Source: Nitrospirota bacterium
GTDB lineage: Bacteria > Nitrospirota > UBA9217
Assembly: GCA_963840455.1 (NCBI GenBank)
Contig: CAWIYV010000011.1
Location: 640,001-704,000, forward strand
Length of the DNA: 64,000 nt
Reading direction: 5' to 3'
The first letter of the stretch is position 1. Every line of letters begins with the position of its first letter. The notes beneath the pieces were generated by a model that searched no databases, was not told where the DNA came from, and saw only the letters and a list, made by a program, of their open reading frames with translations. The translations under genes were made by a program, and so were the position numbers. This document shows positions 45,935 through 57,120 of this stretch, one piece after another.

Positions 45935-48486
45935 TTCTTGAGTGCCCCCATAAGACCTCCCGATATCAGGGATGCGAGGTTCGCCAGAATGCGGGGGAGC
46001 AGAAAGATCCGGGGAAAGACAAGATATTTCGGCTCCCAGAGAGGATCGAATTTTCCCTTGAACTGTCTCAATCCCTGGAAGTTATAAAAATGCTCGCCAT
46101 GCCGGAATATCTGCGCACCCAGGCGGTTCCAGACCGGTGCAAGTGCCCGATCTTCGAGGCCGGCAAGGGGCACCATACCGAGGTTGAACTCGCGATAGCC
46201 CTGCTCCTTGCCCCAGAGCATCAGTTCCACGAAGAGGAATTCCATGATGCCCTCCGGGGAATCAGGTGCATGACGCATGAGGTCAATGGAAAGCTCTTCC
46301 TTGCCTGCTCCAGGCCAGATATTGGAAAAGGCGATGATGTTCCCTTCCCTCGTGACCAGAGCCATGGGGAACTCCCGCAGGTAGGTATCGTTGAAATTCC
46401 CGAGGGAGAAGCGTTTCTCTCTCGTATTCTTTGCCGCAAGCCAGGCGTTGGAGATGACCCTGAGCCGGGGCAGGAGCGCTGGTATCTCCTGCGCCGGCAC
46501 GACCGAAAAGACTGCACCATCCCGCTGCGCACGCCGGTGTGCGTAACGCAGGCCTTTCCGGCCGCCGCCTTCCAGGGAGAATTCGGCAAGAACAACCTTC
46601 GCCTCTTCGCCGATCTTCAGTGTAGTAAGACCAAGGTCGACATAGAAATACAGGTTGTCCTTGGCTACTTCGTAGAATACGGGCCACCCTCCGTGCCGAT
46701 CGCACAGCTCCCGAAAACCCCAAACCAGGTCCTTACGGTCCTCTTCGAGACCCACCGGGTCCCCCATAGCGATCCAACTCTTTCCCTCCACAGCGTACAT
46801 GATGAATGACCGGTTGCTCTCGCTAAAAAGAAATCTCTTGTCCCCGAGGAGGCCAAGGTACGCACTGGTTTCCCTGCTCGCCGAGATGGCCGCGCGGGCC
46901 CTGTCCCTGTCTGCTGGTCCGGTAACATAGGCGCCTGGCGGCATCGGCTTCAGGAGCCGCGTGATCCCCATGATAACCGCGAGGCAGATCACGCCGACGC
47001 TCGCCCGCAGGAACCGCGATGCGTCGCCCGTTATGGTGAACTGCCACCACAGATCCTGAGAGTATTCCACGTGACGATAGGCAAATACCCCCAGCCAGAC
47101 CGTTCCGGCCAGGACGGCGACGATGGACATGATCCACCCGGCGGAAAAGCTCTGGCCCAGGAGCGAGGCGCGGCGGTAGAAGAACCCTTTAGCCGGCAGC
47201 AGGGCGGCAAGCATGACTGCGAGGATTAATGCTTCCTCGTAATCGAAGCCCTTGAGCAGGGAAAACAGAATGCCCGCGACAAGGAGGGCGACCGTGAGGT
47301 GGTACGCCGCATCCAATCTTCGCTGTATCCCGCGTGCCACAAGCAGCAGGGCGACGCCGCTCAGGCTGCCAAAAAAATGAGATGCCTCCAGGAAAGCAAG
47401 CGGGATGATGTCGGTGATCCATTCCAGCCGTGCCGGAAGTTCAGGCGTCGCGCCCGAGAACAGAAGCAGCGCCCCTGCTGCGAATATGATCACCGAAAGG
47501 ACCCGGGGCGCAATGGCAGCCGCTCCCTGACCCATGATCCGGCTGAAAGAGGCGACCTTGGCCTCCAACCGGGCAAGTTCATAGGAACCGAGCAGGACCG
47601 CCGCGATGATGAGCGGCAGGAGGTAGTATATCCCCCGGTACAACAGGAGAGCGCCCGCAATTTGCGAGGTCGTGAGCCCGGGAGGGGAGAGCAGGAGAAA
47701 TACGGTCTCAAACACGCCAAGACCCCCCGGAACCTGGCTCACAAGCCCGGCCACCTGAGCCAGAAAAAAGACGCCATAAAGGAGCGGCAGCGAGGAGAGG
47801 GCCGTGGGGGGGAGAAGCACGAACAGTACGCTCCCGGCCAGCAGCCAGTCAAGAGCGGATACCGCGATCTGCGCCAAAGACAGTCCCGTCGAGGGGAGCG
47901 GAATCTCGCGCTGCCGAATCATTAGGGGCTTCCTGGAGACCGTGCTCCAGGTGAGGTAGAAGGCTGTTACGGAAAGAAAGAGAATTCCCAGCGGGCGCGC
48001 AGAAAGGATAGGTAGTCCCAGAAGTGACGGCACTTCAACGGGCTCCACAACGAAAACGATGCCTCCTACTGTCAGGAGCCCGAGCCAGAGCGTCAGCGTA
48101 GAAAAAACCACCATCTTCGTGACATCCAGCACCGAGAGGCCCCACGATGTGTACAACCGGTACCGGATGGAACTTCCCGCCAGCATGGACAGCCCGATGT
48201 TGTTGCTGACGGCATATCCGATGAACGATACGAATGCAATCCTTCCATACTCCAGATTGCGGCCGACGTATCGGAACGCCAGGGCATCGTATCCCGTGAG
48301 GACAAAATAGTTCAGCGCCGTCAGCAGCATGGAAGCGATCAATCGCAACGCTGGAACGGCGCGCGCCGCTGCGGTGATATCCCCGTAGTGGTATTCGGAC
48401 AACGCGCGGTGGAGGACCCAGAGGGCCGCAAGGAAGAACACGAGACCCAGGAGGGACTCAATCAGATCTGTGATCTTTCTGTTCAT
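45931..48486 (-). CDS. mprF: Bifunctional aminoacyl-PG synthase/flippase
   Basis: VPGGLGVFE, MGDPVG, DLMRH, FYNFQGLRQFK.KF.P.WEPKY. Confidence 0.95.
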   Translation of the reverse strand: MNRKITDLIESLLGLVFFLAALWVLHRALSEYHYGDITAAARAVPALRLIASMLLTALNYFVLTGYDALAFRYVGRNLEYGRIAFVSFIGYAVSNNIGLSMLAGSSIRYRLYTSWGLSVLDVTKMVVFSTLTLWLGLLTVGGIVFVVEPVEVPSLLGLPILSARPLGILFLSVTAFYLTWSTVSRKPLMIRQREIPLPSTGLSLAQIAVSALDWLLAGSVLFVLLPPTALSSLPLLYGVFFLAQVAGLVSQVPGGLGVFETVFLLLSPPGLTTSQIAGALLLYRGIYYLLPLIIAAVLLGSYELARLEAKVASFSRIMGQGAAAIAPRVLSVIIFAAGALLLFSGATPELPARLEWITDIIPLAFLEASHFFGSLSGVALLLVARGIQRRLDAAYHLTVALLVAGILFSLLKGFDYEEALILAVMLAALLPAKGFFYRRASLLGQSFSAGWIMSIVAVLAGTVWLGVFAYRHVEYSQDLWWQFTITGDASRFLRASVGVICLAVIMGITRLLKPMPPGAYVTGPADRDRARAAISASRETSAYLGLLGDKRFLFSESNRSFIMYAVEGKSWIAMGDPVGLEEDRKDLVWGFRELCDRHGGWPVFYEVAKDNLYFYVDLGLTTLKIGEEAKVVLAEFSLEGGGRKGLRYAHRRAQRDGAVFSVVPAQEIPALLPRLRVISNAWLAAKNTREKRFSLGNFNDTYLREFPMALVTREGNIIAFSNIWPGAGKEELSIDLMRHAPDSPEGIMEFLFVELMLWGKEQGYREFNLGMVPLAGLEDRALAPVWNRLGAQIFRHGEHFYNFQGLRQFKGKFDPLWEPKYLVFPRIFLLPRILANLASLISGGLMGALKK

Positions 48487-48758
48487 GATTTATTATAATT
48501 TTAGCGGATTTTCTTTCGGCCTGTGCGAGGAAACCGGCTCACGTAGCTGATCACGTTGGCTCTGAAAGGTAGCACTATATTTCTTGCGCCGGCGGAGAAA
48601 TATTGCCCTACCTATACCTATCCCGAATTTTCCTCCCGTCTAGTCAGATGGTACGGGAGGGCTGCCCTGCCCTGTGGAACTTGACGATCTCCGGATGTAA
48701 AATAATTGTAGATAGATCAGGAACCGTATTGTTCTTGGCTGAAAGGGAGGTGCGAATC

Positions 48759-49151
48759 ATGCTCCGCAAGAAATTGACCATCAATGTTTCGACGGCGGCG
48801 CGTATCCTGGCGGATATCCTCGTTCTGATCGCTGTCGCGCTCGTTGTGGTGTCATTTGTCGAGACGGCATTTGCCGCCGTACCCCTGCAGGGGAGCAGGA
48901 CAAATACCCTGAGAGGGGAGATAGTGGCTGTCGACAACGTCGGCTACGTGACGGTCCTGACCGTCCGGTCTGCCCAGATAGGCCCGTTCCCCAACAACGA
49001 GCTGAACATCTTTACGAATCAGAACACCATGGTGAAGATCTGCAAGGAACGCGAACCTGCCAGGGACATAAATGTCGGCAGTAATGCGACCATTACCTAT
49101 CATGAAGAAGGAAGGGTAGCCGTCGCGAACGAGATCTTGGAACGCTGCTGA
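48759..49151 (+). CDS. Exported hypothetical protein (OB-fold-like)
   Basis: SD GGGAGG, signal ending AFA, followed by a terminator. Confidence 0.65.
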   Translation: MLRKKLTINVSTAARILADILVLIAVALVVVSFVETAFAAVPLQGSRTNTLRGEIVAVDNVGYVTVLTVRSAQIGPFPNNELNIFTNQNTMVKICKEREPARDINVGSNATITYHEEGRVAVANEILERC

Positions 49152-49176
49152 TGCCAGAAGCGTTCTGTTTTTCGTT

Positions 49177-49207
49177 AAAGGCTCCGCAGGAATGCGGAGC
49201 CTTTTTT
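49177..49207 (+). terminator. Intrinsic terminator
   Basis: AAAGGCTCCGCA-GGAA-TGCGGAGCCTTTTTT. Confidence 0.85.
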
Positions 49208-49731
49208 CTAATTTGGTTCTACGGAGAACACCTGGCACCGGAGAGAGAGGAACTCCGCCTCCTGCCCGATCCGAACCTCTGCTTCATAAGGTTCACACTT
49301 CCCCCCAAAACATGACGCAGCGTTCTTTTTCAAGATCGTGGCAAATTTCATCCGTTCCTTTCCCAAACTGTTCCTGTCGGGAATGCTAATATTGCCCTCC
49401 GCTCGTCTTGGAACGTTGACTCTCAATGTACATCGCACATGCAGGAACACTGTTCATTTTGGTTCAGACCGGATGGTTGCTCTTCAGTCCCTTGCTCATC
49501 CCAATTCATCAACCGCCATATACCCCATCCCATAAGGGACCAGAGAACGATAATAATAGGCGCTGGCCATCCCATGGTCCATTCAAGTATCTCAACAGGT
49601 TTCACGATCGATCACTCCTCTCACGATACTTCATTCTCTCCTGACTCAATTTTGGAGAGTTTTTCTGATACGCCCGACAAGCCATTGATTACACCAATCA
49701 CGCGGATTAGATCTGATTGGCGACGTCGGCT

Positions 49732-50811
49732 TCAATTTTTAAAAAGTTTCACGTACTTTCCATAACCATCTTTTACCAGGTCCTCTTTTGGTATGAACCT
49801 GAGAGCCGCCGAGTTCATGCAATAACGCAGGTGCGTCGGCGCCGGGCCGTCATCAAACACGTGGCCGAGGTGCGAGTCGGCTTGTTTGCTCCGCACCTCG
49901 GTCCTGACCGCGAAGTACCATGTCCGGTCCTTCTTTGTAACGATATTGCCGGGCTCGAGCGGCCTGGTGAAGCTCGGCCATCCCGTGCCGGACTCGTATT
50001 TATCGAGAGAGCTGAACAGAGGCTCGCCGGAGACGATATCGACATAGATGCCGGGCTTATGGTTGTCCCAATATGCATTGTTGAAGGCCGGTTCCGTTCC
50101 GTCCTCCTGCGTCACCTTATACTGCATCGGGGTCAGTCTTTTTTTCAGCTCTTCCTTTGACGGTTTCACAAAGGCTCCACTGGCCTCATTGGCCATTGCC
50201 GTATGCATCATTTTCTCTTTCCCCCAGACCTTCTCAAGATACTTGTCACGGCCGCAGCTGGACCTGTAGAACTTGTACCGGATAGGGTTCTTTTTATAAT
50301 AATCCTGATGGTACTCCTCGGCCTTATAGAATGCAGAGGCTTTGATCAGTTCGGTCACAATGGGTTTCTGATACCTACCGGTCTTTTCGAGCGCTTCTTT
50401 CGATTCTTCAGCCAGCCGTTTTTGTTTGGCATTTTCGTAAAATATCGCTGAACGATACTGCGGTCCTCTGTCGCAAAATTGGCCGCCTTGATCCGTCGGG
50501 TCTATTTGACGCCAGAAGACGTCAAGCAATGCCGAATAGCTTATCTTGGAAGGATCATAGGTGATCTGCACCGCTTCTATGTGGCCCTTCTCTGCATAGT
50601 CCTTGTAGGTGGGATCCGGGCTATTGCCGCCTGTATACCCTGATACCACCTCGTTAACACCGTTCAATTTCTCAAAAGGCGGCGTCATGCACCAAAAGCA
50701 CCCGCCCGCAAAGGTTGCTTTTTCAAGATGAGTCATACTGCCTGCATCGGCTTGAGTAGCCATGAGCGGCAGAATCAGCAATGTTCCTATCAACAATAAT
50801 TTCACCAGCAT
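49732..50811 (-). CDS. msrAB: Exported fused methionine sulfoxide reductase MsrA/MsrB
   Basis: Signal peptide, [27 protein letters not shown]. Confidence 0.95.
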   Translation of the reverse strand: MLVKLLLIGTLLILPLMATQADAGSMTHLEKATFAGGCFWCMTPPFEKLNGVNEVVSGYTGGNSPDPTYKDYAEKGHIEAVQITYDPSKISYSALLDVFWRQIDPTDQGGQFCDRGPQYRSAIFYENAKQKRLAEESKEALEKTGRYQKPIVTELIKASAFYKAEEYHQDYYKKNPIRYKFYRSSCGRDKYLEKVWGKEKMMHTAMANEASGAFVKPSKEELKKRLTPMQYKVTQEDGTEPAFNNAYWDNHKPGIYVDIVSGEPLFSSLDKYESGTGWPSFTRPLEPGNIVTKKDRTWYFAVRTEVRSKQADSHLGHVFDDGPAPTHLRYCMNSAALRFIPKEDLVKDGYGKYVKLFKN

Positions 50812-51058
50812 GGTCAGTTCCTCGCTTTTTCTGTGATCATTCCAACATATGTTCCGGCCTTTTTCAAAGCGGACTCCATTTCCTTGATTGTAATGGCCTT
50901 CGGGTCCATAACAGACAGTGTCTGTCTCACCGACCCTCCGCATATGCCAGCTATGCATGCTTATTAAAGACAAATTCACTCTTATATTTAATTATAGCAT
51001 TCTTTATGCCAGAATGTTTCTCTGTTATACCGTAGACTCGCTGGGAGCTGTGTTCCAT

Positions 51059-51147
51059 GAGGGCGGCGGAATCGAACCCGCGTGCGAAAGCCATCAAACC
51101 TAAAGCACATACATGTTTATACCCTCGCTTGATGCTCGGCTCCTCCT
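51059..51147 (-). pseudogene. Diverged fragment of a tmRNA 3' region
   Basis: Aligns by eye with 63280-63368 with scattered substitutions; CCA end missing. Confidence 0.8.
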
Positions 51148-51206
51148 GCCTTTCTGTTCATGATAAAAAAGAGGGAATTCCTAATTGGAATCCAGGGCAC
51201 GCAATA

Positions 51207-51544
51207 TAATAGTTTGTCCAATCGCCTGAATTGCTGCCACTATTAGAAATTCGATTTGTAAAACATACCCCAAAAAATACCCCAACTTGTGAACGCTAGA
51301 AAACAAAAAAAGAGCTAATTCCTTTAAGGAGTTAGCCCTGGTCCCCGCCTGTGTTCAATGGAGACTTTCGGAAAAAATCAAAATATCACGATAATGTCAA
51401 ATAGTTATGGTGGAGGCGGCGGGAATTTAATAGCTTGTCCAACCTATTGAAATTCCACGCTTTATTTTCGGCGTTATTTCGACATACCCCGAATTAATAC
51501 CCCTAAAATGCTGGATGTCATAAGCTCTAGATGGACTAATTCGG
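51207..51544. repeat. Junction: full type-A end, tmRNA copy (51408-51427), arm module
   Basis: TAATAGTTTGTCCAA at 51207; core 20/20; ATACCCC pairs on both sides; ends TGGACTAATTCGG. Confidence 0.95.
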
Positions 51545-51672
51545 CCGTTATTGCACATCTAACCTATATATACCTTGCTAAAAAGTGAACGACGCGCGTT
51601 TCGACGGAGCCGGTTCGTACCGCAATGACTACCGATAAGAAACGACGCAGCAACAAACTCAATCTTGACCGC

Positions 51673-52563
51673 TCATCGGCGCGGCAAGGCCGCATCCGGT
51701 GCAGCGTCGCATTGTTCGGCACCTTCCTTGAGCGCAAAGGCTTCGGCGCAGGCGAGTTGCGCAAGCCGTCCTGCTGTATCCTCAAGGGGCTTGAGAGATA
51801 TATCTTCGCCGGAATGTCGCTCGTAGTACCCGAAGGGGTTGTCGAGATCCCTGATCAGCATCAGGAGGTAAATCATCAGGTACGAAATAACTCCCACAAA
51901 GAACAACGACTCGTAAAACGGCTCGATCTTTGCCAATATAAGCCCTATACATAGAAGGATCGTGGTGAGATCCGCGAGCAAATAACCCGAGGCAATAAAA
52001 GACGTTTCCCGAATAGTGTGAACGCGAAGGAGCGTACGTCGGAGATTGCTCTGCTCCTGCTTCAATCGAGCTACCAGAGTCGCCTGAGTCCATTGTTCCA
52101 TCGCCGCGAACTGAGGGGTTAGATCGTTCACGTGCTCCAGCAATTCTGTGGTTCGGTGCTTCTTATGGAACCAGTCCAGAATGTCCCGGCTCAATTGGGA
52201 CAGCAGGAGCAGACAGGCGCCAACACTGGCTTCCGATCGCGTCATCTTGATACCGCGCACTTCTTGCGCCAAATTCTCCAAACATGCGCTCAACTCGCCT
52301 GGAAGGCGCTCGCTCTCCTTGAAATCCGACAGAACGCCGCTCAGAAGAAATCCCATGAGGAAGACATTTGCGGCCACAATCCCCGAGAAGAGCGGATTGA
52401 TGGAGAGGATCTCTGCCCCGAAGAAATGGACAAGGAGTTTTGCGCCTACGACCAGCGCAACCACGGCGCTGACACGAAGCAGAAGACGGTATTTGTTCTG
52501 GATGGTCATCGTTCCCTCATCTGTCATGGTCATGGTGTTCTTGATGATGCTTCCTGGCGCCAT
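51673..52563 (-). CDS. Membrane protein, bestrophin-like suspected
   Basis: 2+2 TM layout with IRDLDNPFG motif. Confidence 0.6.
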   Translation of the reverse strand: MAPGSIIKNTMTMTDEGTMTIQNKYRLLLRVSAVVALVVGAKLLVHFFGAEILSINPLFSGIVAANVFLMGFLLSGVLSDFKESERLPGELSACLENLAQEVRGIKMTRSEASVGACLLLLSQLSRDILDWFHKKHRTTELLEHVNDLTPQFAAMEQWTQATLVARLKQEQSNLRRTLLRVHTIRETSFIASGYLLADLTTILLCIGLILAKIEPFYESLFFVGVISYLMIYLLMLIRDLDNPFGYYERHSGEDISLKPLEDTAGRLAQLACAEAFALKEGAEQCDAAPDAALPRR

Positions 52564-53503
52564 GACCCCAGTGGAAGCCCTTTTCTATAATAACGTGACC
52601 TGCTGCCAAGCCGACTGCGGCCAGGGCAGCAATGAATAATGCAAGCCATTTCCACAACGCCTTCCCTGGGCTAGGGTATCGCCATGCGCTTCTCATCGCA
52701 GTGCGGCCCTTCATAAGGATTTTCCTGGCTGTTTCACTGCATCGGCTAGCGTTTGCCACAGCGGGCCACGGCTCCCGCTTCGATTCTCGACTCTCCTTCA
52801 ACTGCTGATGCGCTTTCTCATCAGCAGGACGGTCATCCCAGTATTTACGAAACCGTCCGAACATACCGCTTGCCTCTTCCTGCTGCATTTCCCGGCACTG
52901 CCGCAGAACAGAACCCCGGCACCAGAGCATGGTTCCGCTCCATTGCGGTAGACCGTTGAGTGCGTCGAGAAACTCCTTTTTGCCCTCCACCTGCTCGTCA
53001 TACTCCCGTGGGCCGATAATGAGCATATTAGACTCGACATTGCAGAGCCCGCTCACGATTCGGTCTAATTCCTCATGCGCCTTCCACTGGATCCGGCCGT
53101 CGGCTGCAATTGTAATTTGATAGCGTCCGACACGGTATGCTCCGGGGTGCGCGAGTTCTGCGTGGGGGAGGACTGCGCGGTTCATCCTGGCAAAGGAGGA
53201 TAACTGCTCCAGCGGCTCGCCGGCTAGTGCCTGACCTGTCGCGCTGTCGAGCAGATCGCCTTCGAAACAATAAAATCGCGTCAGGGTCCAGGGAGGTAAT
53301 TTCCTCAAATGGTCAAGGAACTCGCCGCTCTGGAAGCCGTCTTCATCGTGATACTTTTTTCCAATGATGAGAACGTCTCCGAAGAGAAAGCACTTTCCGC
53401 TGCGCGCCATCGCCAGGGGAACATGCCGCTCCCATTGGACGAGAACAGCATCATACATGGTGATCCGGTAGTTTCCCAGGCGATATGATTTTTCAAGCGT
53501 CAT
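52517..53503 (-). CDS. Hypothetical protein with an internal duplication, C-terminal TM and His-rich tail
   Basis: Two repeats YRxGxYxIT...W...SGxC...LIIG...EFLDxL..LPxW; tail [10 protein letters not shown]. Confidence 0.7.
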   Translation of the reverse strand: MTLEKSYRLGNYRITMYDAVLVQWERHVPLAMARSGKCFLFGDVLIIGKKYHDEDGFQSGEFLDHLRKLPPWTLTRFYCFEGDLLDSATGQALAGEPLEQLSSFARMNRAVLPHAELAHPGAYRVGRYQITIAADGRIQWKAHEELDRIVSGLCNVESNMLIIGPREYDEQVEGKKEFLDALNGLPQWSGTMLWCRGSVLRQCREMQQEEASGMFGRFRKYWDDRPADEKAHQQLKESRESKREPWPAVANASRCSETARKILMKGRTAMRSAWRYPSPGKALWKWLALFIAALAAVGLAAGHVIIEKGFHWGHGARKHHQEHHDHDR

Positions 53504-54957
53504 GTGCTGTTCTCGTCCCCTGTCGGCTCGTTGCTTCCCGGGGACCGGGTGCGGTTCTCAGCGATAGGAATAACCACCGTGAACCTGCTGCCCTTGTCCG
53601 GTTCGCTCTGGACCGTGATCGTTCCGCCGTGAGCCTCGACAACAGACTTGACGATGCTCAACCCCAGTCCGGTGCCGTCCATGCTTCTTACTGTGTCGGC
53701 GCGATAAAAGCGCTCGAAGATTTTCGACCGGTCGCTCTCCCTGATGCCGATCCCCATGTCACTGATGGTGATGACCGCTTTCCCGGCCTCGTGTATCGCG
53801 AAGACGGTGACCGCTCCCTTCTCCCTGTTATATCTCACCGCGTTCTCAATGAGATTCAGAAAAGCCTCGGACAGGGCGATGCGCGATCCCGTAACCAGAA
53901 GCGTTTCATCAATTTCGACGGAGAGGTTGATCTGTCGCTCGTTCGCCTGTTGCGCTGTCATGGTTATTGCGTGGTCGATACACTCCTTGATCGACACCGC
54001 GGCAAAGCCCGAGGTCGAAAGAAGCCCCGCGTCAAGGCGGGCCAGGGAGAGGAGATCGTTAATAAGTCTCGTCATACTCTTTGACGACGACTGGACCGTA
54101 CGAAGTGCGTCGATGTACTCTTCAGGCGTTCTCGCCTTCTGCAGCGCCACATCGCACTGTGTCCTGAGTACCGAGAGTGGAGTTTTGAGTTCATGAGACG
54201 CGTCGGCGATAAGCCGCCTCTGGCTTTCAAACACGGTGTGCAAACGATCGAGCATGGCGTTGAACGCCTGCGCAAGCCGCGCCAGCTCATGATCCATGGC
54301 CCCGGCATTCAGGCGGTCCGCAAGGTTCTTATGGGTGATCGTCTCGATCGTCGTAGACAGGGATTCGATCGGACGGAGCGCCGCCTTTGCGATCCTCCAG
54401 GCTGCCAGGCAAAGGACCAAAATGATCAGAGGAACGGAAACGAGCAAATATCGTTCGAACGTGGAAATCATCGCGATGCCGTCTGTCAGGCTTTCGGCTA
54501 GGGTGATATCGAAGTTCCTGCCGAAGGCCCAATATCGATACCGAAGCACGCGCACCGGTTCATCATCGGGCCCCATTGAGGTGTACATGCTCTCGCCGGG
54601 AGGTCCGTTGACCGTTGCCGCGCCGGCGGGAATAAATTCATAACCATCAGTGACCAGGGATGGTGACGCAGCAAGAACCGCGTTGTCCATCATCACCCGG
54701 TAGTAATGGCCTGATCGCGGAATGACGTACTCACCGGCTATGATGTCCGAAAGCTCGAGTTCAATCCTGCCGTGCTCTTCGTGCAAGAGCCCGGTAACCA
54801 TTTGCCGCTTGGAGTGGAGGGTGCGATCAACGGACCCAACGACGATCCCTCTGACCTCTCTGGAAAGGAAGGCTGCCGCAACGGTTAGGACAATGGCAGT
54901 GCCGAGGAAGAGCCAGGCCACGAGTCTCCCGGATATGGATCGCAGGACAAGTTTCAT
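53500..54957 (-). CDS. Sensor histidine kinase (CusS/CzcS-like)
   Basis: Two [29 protein letters not shown]. Confidence 0.95.
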   Translation of the reverse strand: MKLVLRSISGRLVAWLFLGTAIVLTVAAAFLSREVRGIVVGSVDRTLHSKRQMVTGLLHEEHGRIELELSDIIAGEYVIPRSGHYYRVMMDNAVLAASPSLVTDGYEFIPAGAATVNGPPGESMYTSMGPDDEPVRVLRYRYWAFGRNFDITLAESLTDGIAMISTFERYLLVSVPLIILVLCLAAWRIAKAALRPIESLSTTIETITHKNLADRLNAGAMDHELARLAQAFNAMLDRLHTVFESQRRLIADASHELKTPLSVLRTQCDVALQKARTPEEYIDALRTVQSSSKSMTRLINDLLSLARLDAGLLSTSGFAAVSIKECIDHAITMTAQQANERQINLSVEIDETLLVTGSRIALSEAFLNLIENAVRYNREKGAVTVFAIHEAGKAVITISDMGIGIRESDRSKIFERFYRADTVRSMDGTGLGLSIVKSVVEAHGGTITVQSEPDKGSRFTVVIPIAENRTRSPGSNEPTGDENST

Positions 54958-55628
54958 GGCTCACCCTTGAGCACGTAGCCCGCGCCGCGCTTCGTATGGA
55001 TGAGAGGCTTTCCGAAGCCCTTGTCGATCTTGTTTCGGAGATAATTGATGTACACGTCGATGACGTTGCTGTCCCACTCGTATTCCGTGGCGTAGACATG
55101 GTCGATCAGCTCGGTCCTGCTCACCACGCGGCCGGCATTGAGCGCAAGATATTCGAGGAGCATATATTCCCGGGCCGAGAGCGGGATAGCTTTGCCTGCC
55201 CGGGTAGCGGTTTTTGCGTTCGTGTCAATGGCAAGATCCTCGACCGCTACGATCGGTGATGGTTTTCCCTTGTTCCTCCTAATCGCCGCGCGCAGGCGGG
55301 CCATTAACTCGGCAAGGTCAAAAGGCTTGGGAATGTAGTCGTCAGCGCCGAAATCGAGTCCCTTGATCCTGTCCTCTATCTCTCCTCGGGCTGTGACAAC
55401 GAGCACCGGCACATCGATCTTTTTTGCGCGCAGGGTCTTCAGGATCGTGAGGCCGTCCTTGCCTGGCAGCATGAGGTCCAGGAGCACGGCGTCGTAGGGA
55501 TAGGACTCGGCCATGTGCAGGCCTTCCTCACCATCAAAGGAGAGGTCCACGGTGAAATCGTTCTCTTCGAGCCCCTTTTTCAGGATGCGCGCTAGCTTTT
55601 GTTCGTCTTCGATAATAAGGATCTTCAT
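54954..55628 (-). CDS. OmpR-family response regulator
   Basis: [34 protein letters not shown]. Confidence 0.95.
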   Translation of the reverse strand: MKILIIEDEQKLARILKKGLEENDFTVDLSFDGEEGLHMAESYPYDAVLLDLMLPGKDGLTILKTLRAKKIDVPVLVVTARGEIEDRIKGLDFGADDYIPKPFDLAELMARLRAAIRRNKGKPSPIVAVEDLAIDTNAKTATRAGKAIPLSAREYMLLEYLALNAGRVVSRTELIDHVYATEYEWDSNVIDVYINYLRNKIDKGFGKPLIHTKRGAGYVLKGEP

Positions 55629-56254
55629 TGTCGTTCTAGAAGCGCTTCCGGCTGGTCGTTCCGCGTGCTTATTGTATCAGAGATGAAGAATATTTTCCTC
55701 CAGATGTGGTTGCCGTGCAGGGCATGCATGATGACCGCGCCGACGTGAAACGACAAGAACACCGGTATAAGCACCATGCCGATCTCGTGCAGCTCCTTGA
55801 CATCATGAACGAGACCCCGAGTTTTTTGCCCCGGTTCCAGGTAGAAAAACAGATAGGCGCCTGTCGCTGCCACGAAAATAAACACCAGAAGACCGAATGT
55901 CTGGACCACACCGGCCAGGCCTTCGTGGGTGCTCCGGTCAGGCATGCGAAACTTCAGCAACCCTGAAATATCCTCAAGTACGAGTTTGATCCGCGCCGCC
56001 GTGAAAGGCATCCATCGCAGAAACTGTACGCTCCGGGGGCCGATGATCCCCGTGATCAGCCTCAGACCGGCAAAGGCCGCAAGACCCATGCCGAGCCAGC
56101 TGTGGACCGTAAATCCCGGGTGCATCATCCTTTTATAATCGTCGGCCATAAGGCCGGTAAGCCACGCTGTAAGGCCAAAGGCCAGGAGACCCAAGTGGAT
56201 GAGGATTGCAACAGGGCCTAGTTTGCTGTTCTTATCATCGATTTGTCTTGACAT
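55625..56254 (-). CDS. Cytochrome b/b6-domain membrane protein
   Basis: Four TM helices with spaced His residues (IH, VH, LHE, FH). Confidence 0.85.
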   Translation of the reverse strand: MSRQIDDKNSKLGPVAILIHLGLLAFGLTAWLTGLMADDYKRMMHPGFTVHSWLGMGLAAFAGLRLITGIIGPRSVQFLRWMPFTAARIKLVLEDISGLLKFRMPDRSTHEGLAGVVQTFGLLVFIFVAATGAYLFFYLEPGQKTRGLVHDVKELHEIGMVLIPVFLSFHVGAVIMHALHGNHIWRKIFFISDTISTRNDQPEALLERQ

Positions 56255-56309
56255 GGCATTCTTCCTCCTGCGTGTAAGACGGTAACCTGCCGCGGTATTA
56301 GCTGCCGAT

Positions 56310-56693
56310 TTATTTAGACCGCTTCACTTCAACCTCGTAGGCCGTAAATGTCTTGCCCGTGGTGTTGCCTTCAACTTCTACGTAGGCCCCGGCCTCTGCT
56401 CTGCCGTGCTTTTCCTTGATCTTCGTAGTTTTAGTCACAGCGACTTCCCTGCCGTTCACGACCCATATGCCGACGAGATCCTGCGGCACCTTTTCGATAA
56501 TTCCATAAATCTTGCTCTCATATTCGCCATGCTCCCGGTACTCACCGTCACGGCGACCTTCATGATCGCTGGCCAAGGCAGCTCCAGCCGCGAAAAACAT
56601 GCTAAGCAACGCCGCGGCCGCAATAAAGCTGGCCTTACGGCATGCCATCGTAATATTCGACTCCTCAACAAAATTCCGAGTATTAGATATCAT
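56310..56693 (-). CDS. Exported DUF5666-like protein
   Basis: Signal peptide, GIWVVNG...GAYVEVEG...AYEVEV. Confidence 0.7.
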   Translation of the reverse strand: MISNTRNFVEESNITMACRKASFIAAAALLSMFFAAGAALASDHEGRRDGEYREHGEYESKIYGIIEKVPQDLVGIWVVNGREVAVTKTTKIKEKHGRAEAGAYVEVEGNTTGKTFTAYEVEVKRSK

Positions 56694-57120
56694 GACATCC
56701 TCCTTTAATTCCGGTGAAATAGAATTCGGTTGTCCAATCCTTTGATGTTGTTGCGATACTATCACAGTGGAGATTAAGGGAAGATTAGAACATCAAGCGA
56801 TACATTTACTGGTTGATTTTGAACAGTAATGAAACTGGCGGGAACATTCTGATGTTGAACTTGACTAACCGAGACAATTTCGATAAATTCCATCTATCAA
56901 AATCCGAAGAGTTGGATGCAATTAACTCATCGCAGGTTTAAATATTTCCCATTCAATTAATATTAATGTCTCGATCGGCGAAGGTATAGAGGTGTTGACT
57001 TGATAATGAATGTTCTTCTGGATAGGGACATGAGAAACCATAAAGAAGCTGGCAATTCAAGTCCTGAGCAGTGAATTAAACCCGCATCCAAGAAATCCAC
57101 TTATATTAGCTTGCTCCATT

